Position numbers and translations under genes: made by a program. A stretch of DNA of 50,650 bases, the filler included, from Streblomastix strix (Eukaryota), in NCBI GenBank assembly GCA_008636045.1. It is 2 parts of 2 records of this genome, joined end to end, with 100 filler letters (N's around TTAATTAATTAA, not from the genome) between each part and the next. Parts side by side here need not be neighbours in the genome. Positions count along the whole stretch, not along the records: positions 1 to 25,293 come from SNRW01000203.1; 1 more part is not named here. One strand, 5' to 3'. Below the pieces are notes generated by a model. It ran no database searches and was not told the origin of the DNA. It saw only the letters and a program-made list of their open reading frames with translations. This document shows, piece by piece, positions 1 through 12,321 of this stretch; position 1 is the stretch's first letter, and each line of letters begins with the position of its first letter.

Positions 1-630
1 AATTAATTTATTTTAGTTTCACCTGCAAAGTTATATCTATGCACAACTTATGATAGACCACCAGTGATTCCAGAACATAAAATTTGATAAATTTCTTCAT
101 CTGTTATTGTCATTGGAAGAGACCTCAATAGACAAAAATTCTTTAATTGTATCATTAATCTTGTTAAATATTGATATTTATTTGACTTAAATTTATTACA
201 AAATAAGCAGTAAGATTTGACATTATCTGCAGAATGGCCACTGTCGTTGTTGATTCTGTCTAAAGTTGGAGGAGTTTTACTTGTGAATCGTGCTTTACAT
301 ACATGACATCCTGCTGATAGGAATAATTTTCTGTAGAACGCACAGTATGATTCCTTGAAAGTTGTCGCTTGTGTCTTTATTTCTTTTTTTATCTTATTCT
401 AGATAATTTTAAACTTTAATATTCCAATAATTTTATGTAAGTACGAATGATGCATGATCATCTTTTGGCGTGTAATCTTAATCCAATTTGAAGTCGCTAC
501 AAGCAAGGGCATATTTGATAGCATTGGCGCATGCTGACATCGACATAAACTACAGCATATCAATTTTATAATTAAAGAACATATCAATTAAATAATCAAG
601 GGGCTTAATCATTAAGCGAGTATCTTAGAG
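1..630 (-). pseudogene. polB: Fragment of protein-primed family B DNA polymerase (ExoIII region, HNH/EndoVII-like insert, start of polymerase domain); frameshifted, runs off window
   Basis: Code-6 translation QDTRLMIKPLDYLIDMF...SACANAIKY...GCHVCKARFTSKTPPTLDRINNDSGHSADNVKSYCLFCN...LPMTITDEEIYQILCSGITGGLSQVVHRYNFAGETKIN is collinear with the pPolB at about 19590-20260. Confidence 0.85.
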
Positions 631-799
631 GTTGTGGTGTCGGAGGTAATCCCACCTAGAAAGATTATTGGTTGTTGCCAAATTTTTTTAATATTTCTCT
701 TCACATTTTTTTAATTGTGTTTTTAAACGTTTCAATCGGAAATGGCTAAGAATTATTCATTATTTCATTATAATTATCGCAGTTGTTGAATTCATATGG

Positions 800-1171
800 G
801 TAGTGATGTAAAATGAATCCTCCACTCGAATCAAAAATATAAAAAACTTATCATGAAGAGAAATTATTATCTTTTAATTGTATTGACGAATTATAAGAGG
901 AATTTTATAGAATTGTTAAATAATTATTTAATCAAATCAGTTATGTTGATTAATTTAATATATTTATTAGAATAACTTTACTAATGTAAAAGAATTGGTG
1001 TTTATTGTTTATTATTGTTTATGAATAAGTTTACTAATGCAAAAGTATTTCATCAGAGCAATCGGAACAGATATTTGGATGGGTTGCTTTGTGGGTAAAT
1101 GAATAGGAATTATTGTAATGAATAATTGTAATGATTTTGATTCTCATGCAGGTTTCATTTTACATCACTAC
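800..1171. repeat. 18-bp perfect inverted repeat bounding a ~370-bp non-coding segment
   Basis: GTAGTGATGTAAAATGAA (800-817) and TTCATTTTACATCACTAC (1154-1171), with imperfect extension on both sides. Confidence 0.7.
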
Positions 1172-1898
1172 ATATAGTTCAAATCTGATGATTTGAACGA
1201 TATATGTCAACATATATTGACTAAAGGTATTGTGTCGAATCTAGTTTCTACAAGTGAAAATGAAATAGTTGTATCGATCAGTAGGTCAATGAATGAAATG
1301 GATTGTTTATTAAAATTGATGATGACAAAAAGATATAGAATCGATAATAAGCATCATTTTTCGAATTAACGCGTGTGATACGACCTTAGAGTAGTATATC
1401 AGAGCGATATGAAACTTTAAGTTTTAATAGGAATTTTAACTTATTATAATATATTTTTTATTTTTAATATATAATCTAATAAAATGTGAAAAATATAAGG
1501 AAATATAAATATTTTTTGGTTGACTTAAAAATAAGTTCCAAGCTCAATGTTGATATGCTGATCATGAATTTGATGTTAAAAGTTAGTGTTACAACAGTTG
1601 TATTGGGCGAATTATGAAGATTGATTATATTGATTATTTGTATGGATAAATTGAATGAATTGACTATGTCTATAAATATGTCAGCCAAATGAATAATGAG
1701 ACAAAATTTTTGTCTTGTGTTAGTGTGTATGTGCTAGCGCTGTGGATGAATTGAATAATTATCTATATAAGACAAAAGACAAGACAAGACAAATCCAAGA
1801 GAATCTGACGAAAACTGGTGACATATCGACATATTGACATATTTGAAAATTGGTTTGATAAAATTAGAATTATGGAGAAATCGATTGAATTAATCAGG

Positions 1899-1964
1899 TG
1901 TGCAAGTGTGCAGGATAAGACCCCCTAAAATCGCTAAAATGAAAGTTCTCCGTCGGTCGCTCGG
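1899..1964 (+). repeat. Copy 1 of conserved 46-66-bp motif, upstream of primase-helicase gene
   Basis: TGTGCAAGTGTGCAGGATAAGACCCCCTAAAATCGCTAAAATGAAA; 44/46 identical to 5058-5103; a more diverged inverted copy lies at 5818-5892. Confidence 0.9.
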
Positions 1965-2038
1965 TTGATAGATAGTGACTGAAAAAATAATTTCTAGCTT
2001 ATTCTATATATAAATCTAATTTTTTATATTTAAACAAA

Positions 2039-4986
2039 ATGCCAAGACAAACTACTTAAGAATTAATGGACAAAATGATTGCTGAAGAAGAGAAAAATAC
2101 ATTAATTAATGAACCTACTGAGAAATATATTAATTTACTTGTTGATGCCTTATTTGATATAAAAGAAACACCATCGAAACGAATCATTTCAAAAAATTTT
2201 GTTAAATAGTACCCTACTATTGATGTTCCATCTAATCAAACTTGTACATGTATATATGATTCAACTAAATTTATTGAGTTTAAATTTGATGATTCAGATG
2301 CTTTTAATGAAGTTATCCTTTCTGATAAATACTGCCATCTGAACTTTGATTTTGACCATATTGAATCAAATGAATAATACACCAAAGTAATTACGTGGCT
2401 AGATTCTTTGATTATGAATTTGGATAATATTCGATAGGTGATTATTCGAATGATTCTGAAATTAGTTCTAAGCACAACTTGAAATACGTATCCGATGCAG
2501 CTAAGAAGATATCAATTCATGAAGTATTCTATGAGAAACGAATCTTGCAAGCTGATATGATGAAAATTGCTAAAAAGATTGGGAAATAAAATGCAAAAAG
2601 ATATTTCTATGATATTAGTGAATTTATTGATGATTCAGTATATAAACTTAAATATGTAAGCAAAACATCTCGATAAATATTCCGTCATATATTTTCGAAC
2701 AAAAATTTTAGAGGAAAAGAATCTGTATTAATTGCAAGAAAATTATGTAAAGAAAATGATGAACTATTTAATCAAATTGTTTAATGTATCTAAGATAATT
2801 CGACAGATGACGTGATAAGTAATTGGAGTAATGTTATTTATAAAGTTCCTAGCATAAAAGAGAAAGAGAAACAAGAAACTAATGTAAAAAAGTGAGTAAA
2901 CGTAGCTAATGGTGTAGTTGAAGTTGCAGGTAATGGAAAAATAATACCTAAAACGCATATTAAAAACATTAAAAAAGATTATATAAATTTTGATGATAAT
3001 TTTATAATATTTAACAAAGAATAGATGATTGAGTTAGTTATTTAGTTTGAAACATCATTTGAGAATATAGTGAAGGCAACTGGTTCAATTCATTATTCAC
3101 CGCACTCTGAAGAATTCATTAAAGAATGATACACAGAATGTTACAACTAGCGAACACATAATCACAATGTTGATATTACAATTACATAAGATATGAAATA
3201 TTTCAAGCAAGAATTTACAAATAAGTAGTTCTATTCAATCGTCAAGCACTTGGATCCAATTGATTAATAATAGTATAAAAATACAAACAACACTTATATT
3301 TTGATAAAACAATTAATAAACAGTAAATATCGGTTAATTCGACTATCGCTTAATTCGACTTATCGGTTAATTCGACGAAAATATTTTTAATATTTTCACA
3401 AATTTTTAAAAAAATTCGAAAATTTTCCTGATTTTTTTAAAAATTATTAGAAAATTACAAAAATCGTCGAATTATACTTAATTCGACGATGGATTTTTTT
3501 GGCTCATGCATCGTCGAATTAACCGATATTTTCTGTATAAAATTCAGAATATGATATAAATGATGCTAATGCAAGATAATATAAATTAAATGATTTTAAT
3601 TAATTGATTAATGATCTTAGAGGAGTTACTGAAGTAAAAATTGGTGCATGTTATATAAAAATTAGAGATAAACGACAGTTTAAAATAATAATGAAATCAG
3701 AATGGTAAAAGATGAATTTCTTTAGGTTTAAAAAACCCTTCATAAATGTGATTAGCATTAATTTTAGATAAATTATCATTAAATATAGTAAATCATTCCG
3801 TTATAACGAAGTTATCTTCTAAGAAAAAAAATAAAGAAGGTTGCTTCAATATGTTCACTGGCTTTTCTTATAAAGAGATTTAGACTAATGATTTCACACG
3901 AATTCAATCATTCTTTAGTCACACTAGAAACGTATTAGCAGGTAAGGTTGATACTGAAATTAATTATGAGTATATCATTAACTGGTTTGCTTCGATATTC
4001 TAGTATATGTAACTGAAAATGGAACAGTGATGAATTTCATCGGTTGATAAGGTTACTGAAAGTCATTTGCTATTGAAACAATCTATGAACTATTAGGTAT
4101 ATTTGCATTAAAGAATGTAGATGAATTAATAAAGATTTTTGGTAAGTTTAATGCTTTGGTATCAACTGCAATCTTGATTAATTTTAATGAAATGTAAGAT
4201 GTAATTAATTCATTCAATTTTTAACATAAAATGAAGAGTGCTATCACACAGGCTAGTGGTATAATTGAACGCAAAGGAGTAGATTCGGTAGAAAGTGAAA
4301 TATGGAGTAATTCTAAACGCACATGCAATGATATGAATGAAATTCCTGCTGAAAAGGGTAATAGAAGATTTTAGTATTTTACTTGCAACAATGAATTTGC
4401 AGGTGAACGTGAATATTTCTAAAATTTATGCAAAGATATTCAACTTCAAAAATAAAGTGAGTTCAATGAAGAATTCATTGGAATATTACTAAACTACTTC
4501 CGTACTTTGGACATATAAGGATTTGATGCTGAAGAGTTTATTGTATAAGCTAGCAGGATGACTAACGTGGTATATAACGAGTAACTTGAACGATAATACA
4601 CAGGTTTAAATCAAGTTGATAGATATATTGTTGACAAGTTTCCAATAATTGAGATCGGAGTACCGATTGAAGATATTAAAATTGAAAAATATTAGATGAA
4701 AGGATTATCAATTAAACTCGAATCGTCACGTGATATTATTAGAACTAGGAAATAAGAATTTATTAAGGAATGTTATAATAAAAATGAAGTGATCTATGAT
4801 ATGTTTATCAAGATGAATTTGAATTCATTACCTGAATAAGTTAGTGTATATTCTATAAAACAGGAAGATCAATGTTTAGAATTAATTATCATAATTAAAT
4901 ATAAATAATTTAATGTACCTGCTATTGAAAGTGATGAGATTGAAACAAACCCAAATCAAGATGATGACGAATCTGAAAACATTTGA
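2039..4986 (+). pseudogene. AEP (PrimPol-like) primase fused to D5-like/SF3 helicase; frameshifts, in-frame TGAs and a MITE insertion
   Basis: AEP motifs HLNFDFD, KISIH, FIDDSVY; helicase FNMFTG, YIINWFA, disrupted Walker A FIG*QGY*KS, FGKFN, Walker B LINFNE, IERKGVD, GNRRF. Confidence 0.8.
3321..3535. mobile_element. 215-bp MITE with Tc1/mariner-pogo-type CAG termini, inserted in the primase-helicase gene
   Basis: 23-bp TIRs CAGTAAATATCGGTTAATTCGAC / GTCGAATTAACCGATATTTTCTG (1 mismatch); internal TTAATTCGAC repeats; right flank TA, left flank AA; removal restores FDKTINIQNSEYD. Confidence 0.85.
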
Positions 4987-5057
4987 TAGTTTAAGATTTA
5001 TTTTTGATGAATTATCAATTTTTCATAATTAAATTGAATATCAATAACTTGAAAAAC

Positions 5058-5103
5058 TGTGCAGGTGCGCAGGATAAGACCCCCTAAAATCGCTAAAATG
5101 AAA
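5058..5103 (+). repeat. Copy 2 of conserved motif (direct repeat downstream of helicase)
   Basis: TGTGCAGGTGCGCAGGATAAGACCCCCTAAAATCGCTAAAATGAAA. Confidence 0.9.
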
Positions 5104-5244
5104 CAAATCTGCCGGCAGCTCAGAGAAAGTTAGCGATACTAGCTTTTATAAAACTTCTTTATTGTTTCTTAATTTTAGTCATTTAGTACAGGATAATAAA
5201 GATAAAAGACAGATATGAAATATCTACTCTAAAAATAATATAGA

Positions 5245-5744
5245 TCAAGGTGTATATATCATAGTTTGATTTTAATTTTCATTTCCTATAACAGTACTAT
5301 TTGCGACCATTAATCCGATACTATCAATTCCTTTAGGTAATGCTTGAATCTTATCATATACGTATTTATGCCGGTTAGTTAGAAAAATTAATATATCATC
5401 TTAAAGTGAATCGTTGATATCTCTAATAATTAGAATAATATCAGTTCCCCAATTACGATCTAGGTTAATTGTTGGCGTATAATATTTTTCAGTAGGTTAA
5501 AGCTATTTTAGTAAACGAACAAAGTAAATAAAATTATTCTAAAATGATTTGATTATCTATGTATCTGAAATTATAGATTATTTATGTTTTCTCAATAATC
5601 GCTTTAGCTATTTACATCCTTATCGCGATATGGTTATGCAAGCTCATTAGCAACTTCAATATCCATGAAGTGTTGATCTTTGTACATTGATTTTTTCTAT
5701 TTTTAAACTAGCTCAGTTGTTATATCGAATTCAAACTTGATCAT
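5245..5744 (-). pseudogene. Degraded hypothetical protein between motif copies 2 and 3
   Basis: MIKFEFDITTELVQ...PTEKYYTPTINLDRNWGTDIILIIRD...LPKGIDSIGLMVAN with a stop and a frameshift; no family recognised. Confidence 0.4.
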
Positions 5745-5817
5745 TTCTAATAAATAAAAATATTGATTATGAATAGTAATCTTAAAGATTTATTTTTTCA
5801 GTCGCTCATTACGTAAT

Positions 5818-5892
5818 CCGAGTGACAGACGGAAAATTTTCATTTTGGCGATTTTTATGGGGTTTCATCCTGTACATTTGCACAGTTTTTCA
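5818..5892 (-). repeat. Copy 3 of conserved motif, inverted
   Basis: Reverse complement TGAAAAACTGTGCAAATGTACAGGATGAAACCCCATAAAAATCGCCAAAATGAAAATTTTCCGTCTGTCACTCGG matches copies 1 and 2, including the CCGTC.GTC.CTCGG tail of copy 1. Confidence 0.85.
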
Positions 5893-6186
5893 GATCATTC
5901 AGTTTTATGCTAATTATGAAAGATTGATGAAAATATTAATACATATAATTAATTGTAAAAATAAATCATGTTTATTGATTGCTTGGTTAGTTGTTTGGTT
6001 AGCTGTACCGATCAAATATCTAATTAATCTGAAATAAATCCTATACATCATATAGGATAGTTTTTTATAAATTTCGAATCAAGAGAAGCCATAAATCGTT
6101 AGCAGATGTACGAAATTCCTGTCGTTAAATTCTATATTTTTTATTATGCGCATTGACGTTATTATGTGGTTATACGTTCGGCTTCT

Positions 6187-7130
6187 TCAGCTTATGAATT
6201 AGCCATTTTCAATAACTTAAAAAATTTATTTGCATATATAATCATCTAAATCTAATACATAATATTATTGTTTAGTTAATTTGTTACTGTTAATTATTTC
6301 TTTAAATTTATTCAAATCTATCTCTTATATCTCTACTCTGTATATTGCTGCATCTCCACTCTTGATCTATCATTCCTTCATTATTTCTCTAAAACAGATG
6401 CTCTTGAATACTTCATTCATTAATTGTTTTATTTGCATATTATATCGTAATGCTGCTGATAGAGGAACAAATGAGTCGGATAATTGATATATATTTTCTA
6501 AGAATAATAGTCTTCCCATTCTCACATTTCCATCTTCATGCGGATGAATGCGTTCGTATAATAGATAACACGCAAACAGAACCATTATCTTATTAGGTTT
6601 GTCATACTCATAAGCAAGGTTCACTAACTATTACAGTTAATTTTGATCGATGTTTTCATGTTAGATTCCAACGTTTGCTGCTGAGATTATTTTTGAATTA
6701 TTCTTATCACTTACATATATACTACAATGCCTATATGTCTCTCTTTTGAATAGAGCTTCGTATAGTTCATCAATCTATGGCACCTCATTATTCTTAAGGT
6801 ATTCTATTGCATCATTAATGTTATCCTTTGGTAATATATCCTATTCAATAAAGATAGAATCCATAATATTCTTAAACATTAATTTATCTACATCAATCGG
6901 ACTCATTATCTTATCTATTTTGTCATATCCATCATCATTGAACGATATTGCAAATTCGTTAATTTTTATAGTTTATCGAGGCATCTTTTTAATAATAAAT
7001 GAAATGCTATTCGAGATAGTTATTGGGACTTCACTAATGCTCATCTATATTGCAAACATTGGCTTGTTTCTTATTGCTGCGTCTGCATATAATGCTTTAA
7101 TTAAAGAAGAAAAATAGATTATAGTAAATT
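6187..7130 (-). pseudogene. fic: Fic/Doc-domain protein (one in-frame TGA at 6370-6372; start uncertain)
   Basis: Continuous code-6 frame with YERIHPHEDGNVRMGRLL (~6511-6546) matching the Fic consensus HPFxDGNGRxxR, preceded by a YRHCSIYV segment. Confidence 0.8.
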
Positions 7131-7560
7131 TGTTATTTTATTCGTGAATATAAATTTGATATTTTTGGTAATAATAAATATGTTAGAAATGATCAGTATC
7201 ACCATCAGAAAGAACATATTAAAATGAACCAATGTCACCTCGATAATCAGTACCGATAATTCCTGCAATAGTTGAAGTTTATGCACCATTCAAAAAGGAA
7301 TAAGATAAAGTGTCTGTATAATCTGTATGTTCAAGAAGAAAATCATCTATATTTGAAGAAATAATTATTCCAGATCCATTAATATGTGGATAACTACTTG
7401 ATATAATTAGTGAAGATGAATATATGATTAAGGAATCCCCTCATTTCATACTATCTGAACATTAATTAATAAAAGTAATTGCATATACATTTGATGTAGT
7501 GGAAAACTAAGTTGTACTTAATACAGAAGATAAAGGACGTTGTGATAAATTTATACTCGA
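7131..7560 (-). pseudogene. Ser/Ile-rich fragment, possibly from a host surface-protein family, in frame with Fic
   Basis: TTSNVYAITFINQCSDSMK*GDSLIIYSSSLIISSSYPHINGSGIIISSNIDD...; resemblance is compositional only. Confidence 0.25.
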
Positions 7561-7795
7561 TGGTACTAGAATATCGAGATATATTATAATTAATAATTTT
7601 AATATAATTACTCTAGATATTGATAAAGTCGATTTTCTTAAAGATTCATATAAATTATGCTTATAAAAGTTAGAAAAATAAATAGTATTTTTGATCTAGG
7701 AGATATATTGTTTAAATTAATGTTTGTTGTAAGTAAGCGATTAATGGCAGTTTTATCTCAAATTCATAGACTGATCTGATTTTTTTGGTAATTAA

Positions 7796-10121
7796 ATGTC
7801 AAATTATGCAGATTTATATTCTTTAGATGTACTCTTAGTTCATGATGAAATTTTAAACAGAAACGTTCGTCATAATACTGTCGGCATGATTGATTAAGTT
7901 ACAAATCTTAACAATCAAACTAAATTAAAAATTATGTTTGTGAACCTGATGTATATAATAGACCTGAAGCTAATGAAATATTTGATACAAGTGCAGATAA
8001 ATCGGATACTTATACTAAAACAGAAACCGATGTATTACTCGAAGCAAAAGTAGACAAATCTGAACTAATTGATTCATATTCCAAGACAGAAGATGATGCT
8101 CTGTTATTGGTGAAAGCTAATGTTGCTGATTTAACGAATTATGTTGATTTAAATTCTGCTCAAACAATAACAGGATAAAAATAATTCGGTGTAATTAGTG
8201 TTTCAAGCGTATCTAAATTGAGTAAAAAAGATGCATCTATTCTACTTGCAGGTGGAGGAGATATTTTAGTTAGTTTATTAGTTATATAATTATGATTATA
8301 GGAAGTTAGAGATATTGTTATTGGAAGGTAAAAAGTATATGTATTCTCAACATAAGGAGAGTTGAATGATTGGATGGCTGTTTAAGATAATGTTGAAAAA
8401 TTAGTAATTGGAGATAATTTATATATTATTGATAAGGAAGTTACTGATTATTGGTGGGATGGAACTAACTTAAAAGTACTATAAACAGAATTACCTGATA
8501 TGAGTAATGTTGTTACATCTCTAGGACCATCTCTTGGACTCGGTAATGCAATAACCGATATATCAATTGATGGAAATGTACTAACACCAGCGAAAAATAA
8601 AAATTTTGTAGATACATATTATGATCAAAGTATTAGTGGTTAGAAGACATTCAATACAACTATACATTCAGTTGGAATCATATTTTAAACATATGATAAT
8701 TCAAGTATTGTTTGTGCGATAGGAGGTATTAGATCAATAGCAGATATTTAAAGTGCTTCATACATTAAATCAGAAGATGATACACTTTTATTATTGAAAG
8801 CAGATAAGACATATTTGATTGATTCATATACTAAAGGTGAAACAAACAGTCATTTAAATAATAAAGCAGAAACCAGAGTTTCTTATTCGAAAGGTGAAGA
8901 TAATGCACTCTTATTATTGAAAGATGATAAGACATTACTGATTGATTCATATACTAACAGTGAAATAAATAACTTAATAAATAATAATGCAGATACCGGA
9001 GTTTCTTATATTAAAGATGACAACGATGACGCACTCTTATTATTGAAAGCAGATAAGACTTAATTGATTGAATCTTATACAAAAACTGAAACAAATAATT
9101 TCTTAGATAATAAAGCAAAGTTATCAACGACATATATCAAAACAGAAACTGATCAAATATTTTCGAAGATTGATGTCAGAGATGTAGATTTAATTGAATA
9201 TTATAATAAAACAAAAACAGATGAAATATTAGGAGAGAAAGCAGATTCTACTAAACTATCTAATTACATGACCTTAGGTACTGCATAAACAATTAATGCA
9301 AATAAGACATTCCATAATTCTTGTAGGTTTGTAAGTTCTATAGATGGAATGTCAACAGTTACTGGATTATTATTTGTCAAATCAAGTGCAGATGATATTA
9401 TTGTATTACTTGAAGTTGATGGCACTAAATCACCTTCAGAATTTACTGGCACTCCAACAGATTTATCAAATTATTATAATAAAAGTGAAACTTATTTAAG
9501 AACAGAAATAGATAATAAATATGTAAGATTTGAAGGTTCAATTCAATAAACAAAAACAGGATGATTAAAATGTGTAAGTCCATTTGGTGAAACATGTGAT
9601 GAGACGTAGGATCCAGATGAAAATATTTAATTGATTTAGTCAGAAGTTGATGCAAAACTAATGAATTATATTAATACTACTAACAACTAGTCAATAAATG
9701 GTACTAAGTCATTCAATTCAAATGTTAATGCCACTGGATTCGTTAAAACAGGCAAAAATGATACATCAGTTCTATTTGCAGGTGACGGAGATAGATTATT
9801 ATCATCATTTGATGGGATTGAAGATTTGACATCAACTGCATTTAGTAGTATGAATAGTGCAGTTATATAATATAAATTAATTAGAATTAGAAATCTTTAT
9901 ATATTTTCATTACTTGCTAATGGAGGAAATTATAACGTAGGAACTTTTAATCCTGACTATTTAGTTTAAGATGATGTTACTATTATAACATATATCCCAT
10001 TTCATAATCATACTATCGATAAAGGTGGATATGTATCGATTATTCATTCAACTGGACTTATTACCTTAAAATCAAAAATCAATGTTATATTTTATGTGCA
10101 TCTGCTATATGGATTAAATGA
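7796..10121 (+). pseudogene. Phage tail-fibre-like repeat protein (~770 aa; frameshifts and in-frame TGAs)
   Basis: Many Y(T/S)K.E.(D/N).LL..KADK repeats plus QTITGQKQF, QSISGQKTF, QTINANKTF, QSINGTKSF and LLAGGGD / LFAGDGD motifs typical of phage fibre shafts. Confidence 0.7.
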
Positions 10122-10201
10122 AGTTGTAGATCGATTATTATAATTCATCAAATAAGGCAATTCATATTAGCTTTGGCAAATAACGAAGTTGTTTATTTTT
10201 G

Positions 10202-11819
10202 ATGTATGAAATGTACAGTGTTTACTAAGTTGAAGCATTATGAAACGCAGCAGAGCTATCAGAATTTCCAGAATTATACGCATACATTAAAGAAAGATAT
10301 TAAGAGCCAGTTCCACTTGCATAAGCAATACCAATCGGAGAATAAAATCTGCAATAGCAGGAGAAAAATAATGATGATATTCTTAATAATATAAAAGAAG
10401 ATTTCATTTCTTCAGTTTCAAATGCACCTACAAAATTAGATTTAAGTTCACAATTAAAACGATCTTGTATCTTATCATCAAGTGGATCAGATCCATAATT
10501 GGTTGTATTTGGCGATCGTGTTACATTAACTGTGTAATATGAAACTAATGGATTGTTTCATAATCGATATTTATTCAAAAGTTATCTTGAAGAAGCGAGA
10601 CCAAAAGATTGGGATAAAGTGACTGCATTAGTTGGAACAAATACAACGAATAAAAATAGTATATTTTATTATATAGATTAGAATGGACCATTTATCATTA
10701 GTACTTCATAGATTCCATCTAAAACTGATCTTTTCATAAATGTAACTTATTATAAGAAATATGAACAATCAAATATAATAAATTATGATGCAAACAATGA
10801 TGTTATAGTAAATATATTGGATACAAGGCATGTCAATAGCAAAGAAACATTCGAAATATTATCTCATGTATATGAAACAGTGAAAAAATAAACTGATTTG
10901 ATTGCAACTGTATTGTTTGGTGATAATAAAGTTAATTATTTAAATAGCGCTATAAAATTAATGGATGATTTAGCAATTTATAAAGCGGATAGAGCATCAT
11001 TCTTCATTAAGGAAGGTCCATTTATTACACTCTGTTTTGGTGCTAAATTTGGATAAATAATATAATGATAGGAGAATTCAGAAAATCAGTAAACGTTTCA
11101 TAGATTATAATCGACAATAACTTAAAAATTACTTCCTCCAAATACAAAATATATGCCAGTTCGTACTGAATAGTAAGAATATATTGTGATGTGTTTGTTC
11201 AAAGATATCTATGATAAATCATTAGCGGTAGAAGTAGCTGTAAGTGGAATAATGAATAAGTATGATTGTGAATTTCAAGAAACATATATACTCGATAATT
11301 ATAAGAATCCAACATCAAATGAAGAACCAAACACATCTCCATCAGATCCAAAAGAACTTGATTCTCATATTGATGAAGTAATAATAAAACATGATAAATT
11401 ATTAACATCATCATCTTAACCAATATATACAATAACTAATGTATTCAATTAAATTCAACTAATTGCTCCTTTCGATCAAGGTGGACATGCTTATAATACG
11501 TATTATATTGTTGATGATGGGACTTGCAAAGTATGTGTATTTAATCTATATTTTGAAACAAAAGGATAAGCAACAAGTACATTAGGGATCCGTAGGATTC
11601 CAGATGTGATATTACCAGCTGATAGTAAAAATATTGGATTTCCTACATCTATCCATAGAAAAGCTGGTAGATTTATTAATTGGTTAGGTATGTGGTTTTT
11701 CGGATTCAACTAATAATTTAAAATTTTTATATTGCTTTTTGCAAAATATTCAAGAAGTTATTCCTGAATCATCATTAGATGTTCATAAATATTGCGCTAG
11801 TGGAATATACTACTTATGA
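10202..11819 (+). pseudogene. Putative second virion structural / receptor-binding-like protein (in-frame TGA, frameshift)
   Basis: Long code-6 frame with two beta-rich domains (LVVFGDRVTLTVQY...EEARPKDW; KVCVFNLYFETKG...IPDVILPAD) resembling fibre-head domains; lies between fibre and capsid genes. Confidence 0.45.
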
Positions 11820-11928
11820 TGTAGTAAGCAATGAAATTGTGTATTACTTATGAGACATTTATTCGATAATGATTAGATAATTATTCGATAAATTGATGCA
11901 ATAACGTTTATTTTTGCGCATTAAAATC

Positions 11929-12258
11929 ATGGCAGCAGGAATATTCAATAAGCTGAAAAAATTAGTCTAAGTTGTAGGTAAAGGAGTTAATTGGATGAAT
12001 GATAAAATAGTTAAACCAATAATGCCCATAACAAATGCACTTCATTAATCTTTTGGACCTACAGGAAGTAGGGTTGCGAAAGAAATAAGTGCTGGATCAT
12101 CAGCAGTTAACGCATTATTTGGTCCAAATAAATAATAATCAAAATTAAAATTTAGTTAAGATTTTAAAACATTCCGATTGGATGATTACTTAAGCTAAAA
12201 GATTCCGATTGATGCAATAAGTAAAAATATATAGCTTCTTGGAAAAGAATTTTAGTGA
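11929..12258 (+). CDS. 109-aa basic protein with N-terminal amphipathic helix (putative virion core / membrane-active protein)
   Basis: Intact ATG-TGA frame MAAGIFNKLKKLVQVVGKGVNWMNDKIVKPIMP...; directly upstream of the MCP. Confidence 0.65.
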
Positions 12259-12321
12259 TTTAAAGTGAATCATCAACTGAATTAACTAACATATAATCAG
12301 ATTATTTTTGTGCAATTTAAC

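Noticed and set aside
1385..1400. AGAGTAGT resembling a Polinton terminus
   Set aside because: No matching inverted terminus or TSD found.
6746..7117. 123-aa plus-strand ORF in the supplied track
   Set aside because: Antisense shadow of the Fic gene.
8770..9130. DNA-level tandem repeats
   Set aside because: Explained by coding repeats of the fibre protein.
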